From contig JAKIMF020000007.1 of NCBI GenBank assembly GCA_022605425.2, forward strand, positions 186,001 to 250,000: 64,000 nt of DNA. Reading direction: 5' to 3'. Made by a program: the position numbers and the translations under genes. The stretch is from Hamiltosporidium tvaerminnensis FI-OER-3-3 (taxonomy: Eukaryota > Fungi > Microsporidia). The notes beneath the pieces were generated by a model. The model made no database searches, had not been told where the DNA came from, and saw nothing but the letters and a program-made list of their open reading frames with translations. Shown here in pieces: positions 60,507-64,000 of this stretch. Position 1 is the first letter of the stretch. The number at the start of each line of letters is the position of its first letter.

Positions 60507-63148
60507 ATGAATCTAATATATGTAGAAGAAAAATTTCTATTCATGGGTAGCAGTAAAGAATTGGTGAATTTTGACCATTTATATGATCTAATAATGGATG
60601 CACAAAATAATTATGAACCTCTAAATAGGAGTATATTATTTCTTACGAAAAACTGGAGTGATGTTCTTCAATTCAGACAAATCAAATATACTAATTTTTA
60701 TTATTATAGACATTCAATTGAAGTGATAAAGAACCAAATAATTTCTCAATCAGATATTATAATGAATGAAAATATATTATCCTTAGAAAATGAACAAACA
60801 AAAAATTGGATTGTTTTATTGTTTAGTATTCTAATAAGAATATTTAGAATAATTCAGATAAAAAATGATGATTCTTTTGATATTGAAAATAAATTTCTTA
60901 GTATTGCGTATTCCCCTGATTCTGATATTTCTTCTACAGCACTATATTTTTTTACTGAATGTTTATCTTAAATGAGCTTTGGTGAAAAATATTTAGCATA
61001 TTGCTCGGATTTACAAAAGATTTTGATTCCGATTGCTTCACTAAAAGAAATACGATTTGTAACTGAAAATCAAATAAAATTTGTTTTTACGTTTGATGGA
61101 AATGGAACGGTAATTTTATATGATAAAATAACTGATAAAATCAATATAAATTCAGACAAAGGAAGATTGCTTTTGACTAACAGAGAAAATTTTGAACTTT
61201 TAGTAAAAAATAGATGTCTTTATATAGATATGAACAATGCACTTTCAATGAGATTACTTGCTTTAAAAATATTGTTTTTGCGAGAAAACAACTTGGCCAA
61301 TAAAAACAGAATTAGTCACAAAGAGATATTTAAACTGTTGAGTAAGCATAAAGAATCTCCGGGGTTCAAATTAATACATATGAGTTCAGTTATAATTTAT
61401 TCCACATGTTTTAGTCAAAAAGAAAAAAATTTCCGAAATATATTATCAATACTTAATGAATATGCTCATAGAATAAACGACATAGAAAATATTCATATTT
61501 ACTTTTTTATAGAAGATATAACATACTTCATTAGTCTTATTCAAAGAGATTCATCTTATGAAATGAACATTTGTAGTCTTCTAGCTCAAAATATCATCAT
61601 ATTTCTCAAAAAAAAAATTCTTTGAATCTAAAATTTACACTACTGTTTTTTAAAATTTTACACAAACTTTGTGGCAAATTATATTTAGATAAACATATAA
61701 CTGATTTACATGACGATTTATTTGCTATTTCATGCTATCACATAACTTATCTTTTAGATTCAATTCGGTTTTATAAAACCTACGAAATTCATCCGGACTA
61801 TGACCTTTCTAATCATATAGAAGCATTATCGCTGTGTTTTAACATATTCACAATCAATAATATTCATTTATCAAATTTTACTGAAGTATCTAGGCTTAAT
61901 AATAAATTTATAGATATAGTTTCTGTTAAAGCTTTAATAGGAAAATGGGAAGATAATATCTGTATAATATTGTTTGAATTCCAAGAAAAAATGTACCCAG
62001 AAATAGCAAATGAGATTATTTTCCAAAAATACTTTGATATATATAACTATTTTATAAATCGCAAATATTTTGATAGCTCTTTAATATCGACTATTTTTTT
62101 AATAATTTCAAATATTATTCATCATAAAAGTTGCGACCTACAAATTTTTGCAAAGAAAAAGAAAAATATCGTGCATATATCTACAATTTTACGATTAGAT
62201 GTTATAAGGATAAATATCATGGCATGTTGATTTTATATTTAAAATCAGTTTTTTTGTTTTTAAAAAACTATAATCACAGTTTTAGATTTAAAGCGATAAA
62301 TCTATTTCTTGAAATAATGAATACTACTGCTTTTGAAAATGAAATTCAAAAAGAGTGTATCTTGTGCGAAATAAATTTACAAATGGGGGTTTTAAATACA
62401 TTTATAATCAATGAAGAGATGAATTTAAATGAAAAGATTCTTTTTCGGTATAGTGGTATGTCACAAAAAGAATTGGATTTAAAAGATGGTTTTTTATCCA
62501 CAAACATTATAAAAGCTAGCAATTCTGATGATAATAGTTTCTTGTATGATTTATATGAAAATATAGAAAAAAAATCTGTATTTATAGAAGTTTCTATTGA
62601 TATATTTATTTGTTGTTTAAATAACCTCAATTGTGATACTAGAAATATTGAGATTCATAAAATATTCGATTTCATACTCAAAAACATATTTTGTTATTCT
62701 ATGGTTGTATTTAAATTGCCATCATGTTTAGATTCAGATTATATGAAGAAATTTTTTGATAAATTATTTTCTGATGACATACTCGTTAATATTTTTATTA
62801 AAACTGTTTCCAACGAATTTGATAAAATTTATGTTGCTTTGGGTGAAATTCAAAGATTGGTGAGCATAAAAGCTAAAGAAAATAAGCCGATGGATCACCC
62901 AGTCAATATAATTGTTTTTAATTTACTTTTTTCGGAAAAAAATGATTAATTTAATATCATCACTAAAAAATACTAGTCGAATTCAAATTTTTACAAAAAT
63001 AAGAGTGAATTTTAAGTTTAATATTTTTGCAAATATTTATTCTTTCTTTGATAAGTATATTGAATCTATACCACCTGCTTTAAGAAAAATTTTTACAAAT
63101 TTAAGATATTTAGCGGTGAATGAGGAAGTCGGATTAGGTAGAAATTAA
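60507..63148 (+). pseudogene. Fragmented ~880-codon helical (Leu/Ile/Phe-rich) orphan gene
   Basis: Five abutting or overlapping ORFs: one in-frame TAA (60969-60971), then frameshifts at A/T tracts near 61608-61617, 62145-62166 and 62927-62942. Confidence 0.75.
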
Positions 63149-64000
63149 TAAAGTATTGTACTAATTTTTAATAAATTTATTTTTAATCTTACTTCATAAA
63201 TGATATATTTAATTTTGATTTCTATTTGCTTAACAAAAGTTATTTGTGTATTTAATTTTATAAGAGATTCTAAAAAATCAACCAAAATACAAAAATTTAT
63301 TTTCTTATAAATCATAAACCATACTTATCTAACGTGGTTTTAATAACTCTTTAAAAATAATTATAAATCTAAATTTTAAAAAAACGATTTTTTAAATTCT
63401 TTCTAAGTTTTTAAATAAATTAATAAATTTCTTAAACAATGTGATTTGTTAAAAAAACTGTTTTAATATGTAATATAATCAGATATTATTTTTTTTAGTA
63501 GAAATATTTCATTTTATAAAAAACAATAAAGCATACATCATTATATTTAAATATAAGGATTTATACTAAAAGAGAATAACTTGCGAGTTTTTAAAGATAG
63601 AAAGATTTAAAATTGTATCTCAAGATGCAAGGTAAATATATTTACTTTTATTAAATATTTGGGTGGATTGTACAAGAAACGACATTCTTATAAAAACATA
63701 TTGCTTTGAATTTGATCAAAGAAAAATATTTTTTTAATATATAACTAATAATAATAAATTATTGATAAATTTGATTAAAAAAATATATTAAGTTAGCTGC
63801 TAAGCTCGTAGAAACGAATTTATTTTACATTCAAAAGAAAAAAAAATAGTGGATTACTTAACCTTTATAAACAGAGCCATATTTTCTTAATATTATCAAA
63901 TAGGATTTTATACCCTCGCCACGTTCGTCTATCATATGATTTCTTGTCTTTCATATCACATTTTTAGTCGTCTTTAGGCATTTCTCAATATAATTTTAGG

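Overview
Very AT-rich, gene-sparse eukaryotic DNA. The genes are compact and intronless, most with a CCC motif just before the ATG, and fungal-type families are present. This fits a large-genome, transposon-rich microsporidian (Hamiltosporidium-like; inference). Recognisable genes: Dph7/Rrt2-like WD40 protein, Dsk2-like UBL-UBA protein, a thiolase and a WOPR (Gti1/Pac2) transcription factor. Also present are several small or large putatively secreted orphan proteins, a 57-aa Vps51/COG-like micro-ORF missing from the ORF track, and a fragmented ~880-codon gene. Mobile DNA: an RLE-type (R4/Dong-like) non-LTR retrotransposon (one near full-length copy, one 5'-truncated copy, two relics), a complete DD39D plant-type mariner with TIRs and TA duplication, a hAT-like MITE, and Gypsy and Tc1 relics. 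The most notable signal is an unannotated ~720-nt non-coding, GC-richer dispersed element: three young copies, two decayed copies and one 3' stub. It has a fixed 5' end, variable-length target-site duplications, many predicted stems including a UUCG tetraloop and a possible loop-loop pseudoknot, and the same TTAAATAAA 3' terminus and TTTGAA target context as the resident LINE. It looks like a non-tRNA, structured-RNA SINE-like element mobilised by that LINE. All alignments and folds were done by eye.
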